From Diplonema japonicum (Eukaryota > Protista > Euglenozoa: Diplonemea), in contig OZ025666.1 of assembly GCA_964019335.1 (NCBI GenBank), forward strand, positions 62,001 through 126,000: DNA of 64,000 nucleotides, in the 5' to 3' direction. This document shows, in pieces, positions 63,901 to 64,000 of this stretch. The notes beneath the pieces were generated by a model. That model was given only the letters and a program-made list of their open reading frames with translations, did not search any database and was not told where the DNA came from. The translations under genes and the position numbers were made by a program. Within the stretch, counting starts at the first letter, position 1. Each line of letters starts with the position of its first letter.

Positions 63901-64000
63901 CTCAAAGCATTACCTCTCTCTACAAGAAGAGCTGAAGGAACAGCAGTCGAGACTCGTTGAATACAGGGAACAAATGGAAGCAGAACAAGAAACATGCAGG
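60971..64000 (+). CDS. Kinesin-3-like motor with FHA-like domain and coiled coil (runs off the window)
   Basis: FAYGQTGSGKTYTM, NDYSSRSHAVL, LVDLAGSER, INKGLLSLGNVI, YRDSTLTWLLREALGGNSKT; FHA-like segment ~62240-62650; missing from the ORF track, consistent with no stop before 64000. Confidence 0.93.
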   Translation, partial: MATKCSVTVQVRARPIITKREEQDKGSTCISIKGNSTTIWDPTDTSKKRTFTFDRSFNSLDSHNADHASQSTLYKEVGLPSLDQAMKGYNTTVFAYGQTGSGKTYTMMGHESMSLSTKGKTTLEDLPAETGVIPRFCIDLFGRIETQRCASVTVTHRVDSVYYEIYNDKVHDLLDSGSSRTYKVREHPKHGPYVEGLQHCEVRSYADIARLLKRGARDRHTAKTCMNDYSSRSHAVLELVLTTSRFDPQTGDLSDTSSRIALVDLAGSERQGAAKTQGERLKEGAHINKGLLSLGNVIEALAANSEGKKGRATRFVQYRDSTLTWLLREALGGNSKTIMLATVSPSSLNYEESLSTLKYADRAKKIQNAVTVNKDSKKQVIFQLREEIKMLKEEIENLRSGNAPQGTFGMHPHHDVRVWREDPYLLQVDPLPTLNDPILYWIEGDSTCYISSNDHTESTAMRHTEATPGTPLESADHTIKLPKSKGVHDFHALLVKKNEEVILIPTVGAPYDGRVVGPTPRATDDAAELLVDGLQVVGEEKLMSGSHVQIGEYQFIFVDPVNAGDCARFHQRCSKLERARAAQDRMVQVTAKKVQGMLIDSGLETSMLPSREEGLSTKGRDGEQILVRCESGPAVYVWQGDTDTGGWNRVDTMQAELATATLLDKKKAEVETGRKLHTILSGTVVMDSIPAESSLCADGPTLDEEHGPLIVRSPETGLKVVQWDTALHRWVTVSEPVAELTTRNLVQNAERRRRQQDADKYRVEIHENVTDLDGARRKISTLTEELETMKEEMRSHLITKQYREDELLKQLTDRERLLQQHKASAVSDQVMLQDKIDTLIEDYEERINKSEYIVQDLENSYASAKYEWRKNETLLEAALATKMKAHESINKLKEEVQNTMIETQQLKTETEKHKQTIIEKDNIILKVQEDLAEAEGLRREAASGEVKQVQAIIDKKDLTLLAITEERDQLDGNLRRLSKHYLSLQEELKEQQSRLVEYREQMEAEQETCR

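Overview
Eukaryotic nuclear DNA, most likely a diplonemid (Euglenozoa). This is an inference from EFL (an EF-1alpha-like factor), single-hairpin AGA-box snoRNA candidates, a fully unidirectional gene array, and AG acceptors just upstream of start codons. About 27 protein genes all lie on the + strand, many only 65-170 nt apart. They carry about 20 very short (34-56 nt), often A-rich GT-AG introns, which I reconstructed by hand. Recognisable genes: Tim22-like, a giant laminin-EGF-like surface protein with a 534-nt higher-order repeat, an LRR protein, an Hsp70-like/PDZ protein, a bacterial-type M23 peptidase, a degenerate kinesin, an E-Syt-like SMP-C2 protein, EFL, RSL1D1, a SET-ankyrin protein, ARPC5, CCT5, AP5Z1, an O-fucosyltransferase and a kinesin-3 (truncated by the window end). 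There is one tRNA-Leu(CAG) on the - strand. The best find is non-coding. 51.28-53.56 kb is a partly duplicated snoRNA polycistron whose guides match conserved rRNA. Inside it is a ~380-nt RNA with the RNase MRP/P catalytic core (P1, P2, P3, P4 with CR-I/CR-V, CR-IV, P19), and its ends are closed by a box C/D motif. Mobile relics include two Mutator-like elements, an intron-containing hAT relic, a TIR-flanked tyrosine-recombinase (Crypton-like) relic, MITEs, and a 370-bp direct-repeat complex abutting the tRNA. All homology calls come from motif recognition, not database searches.
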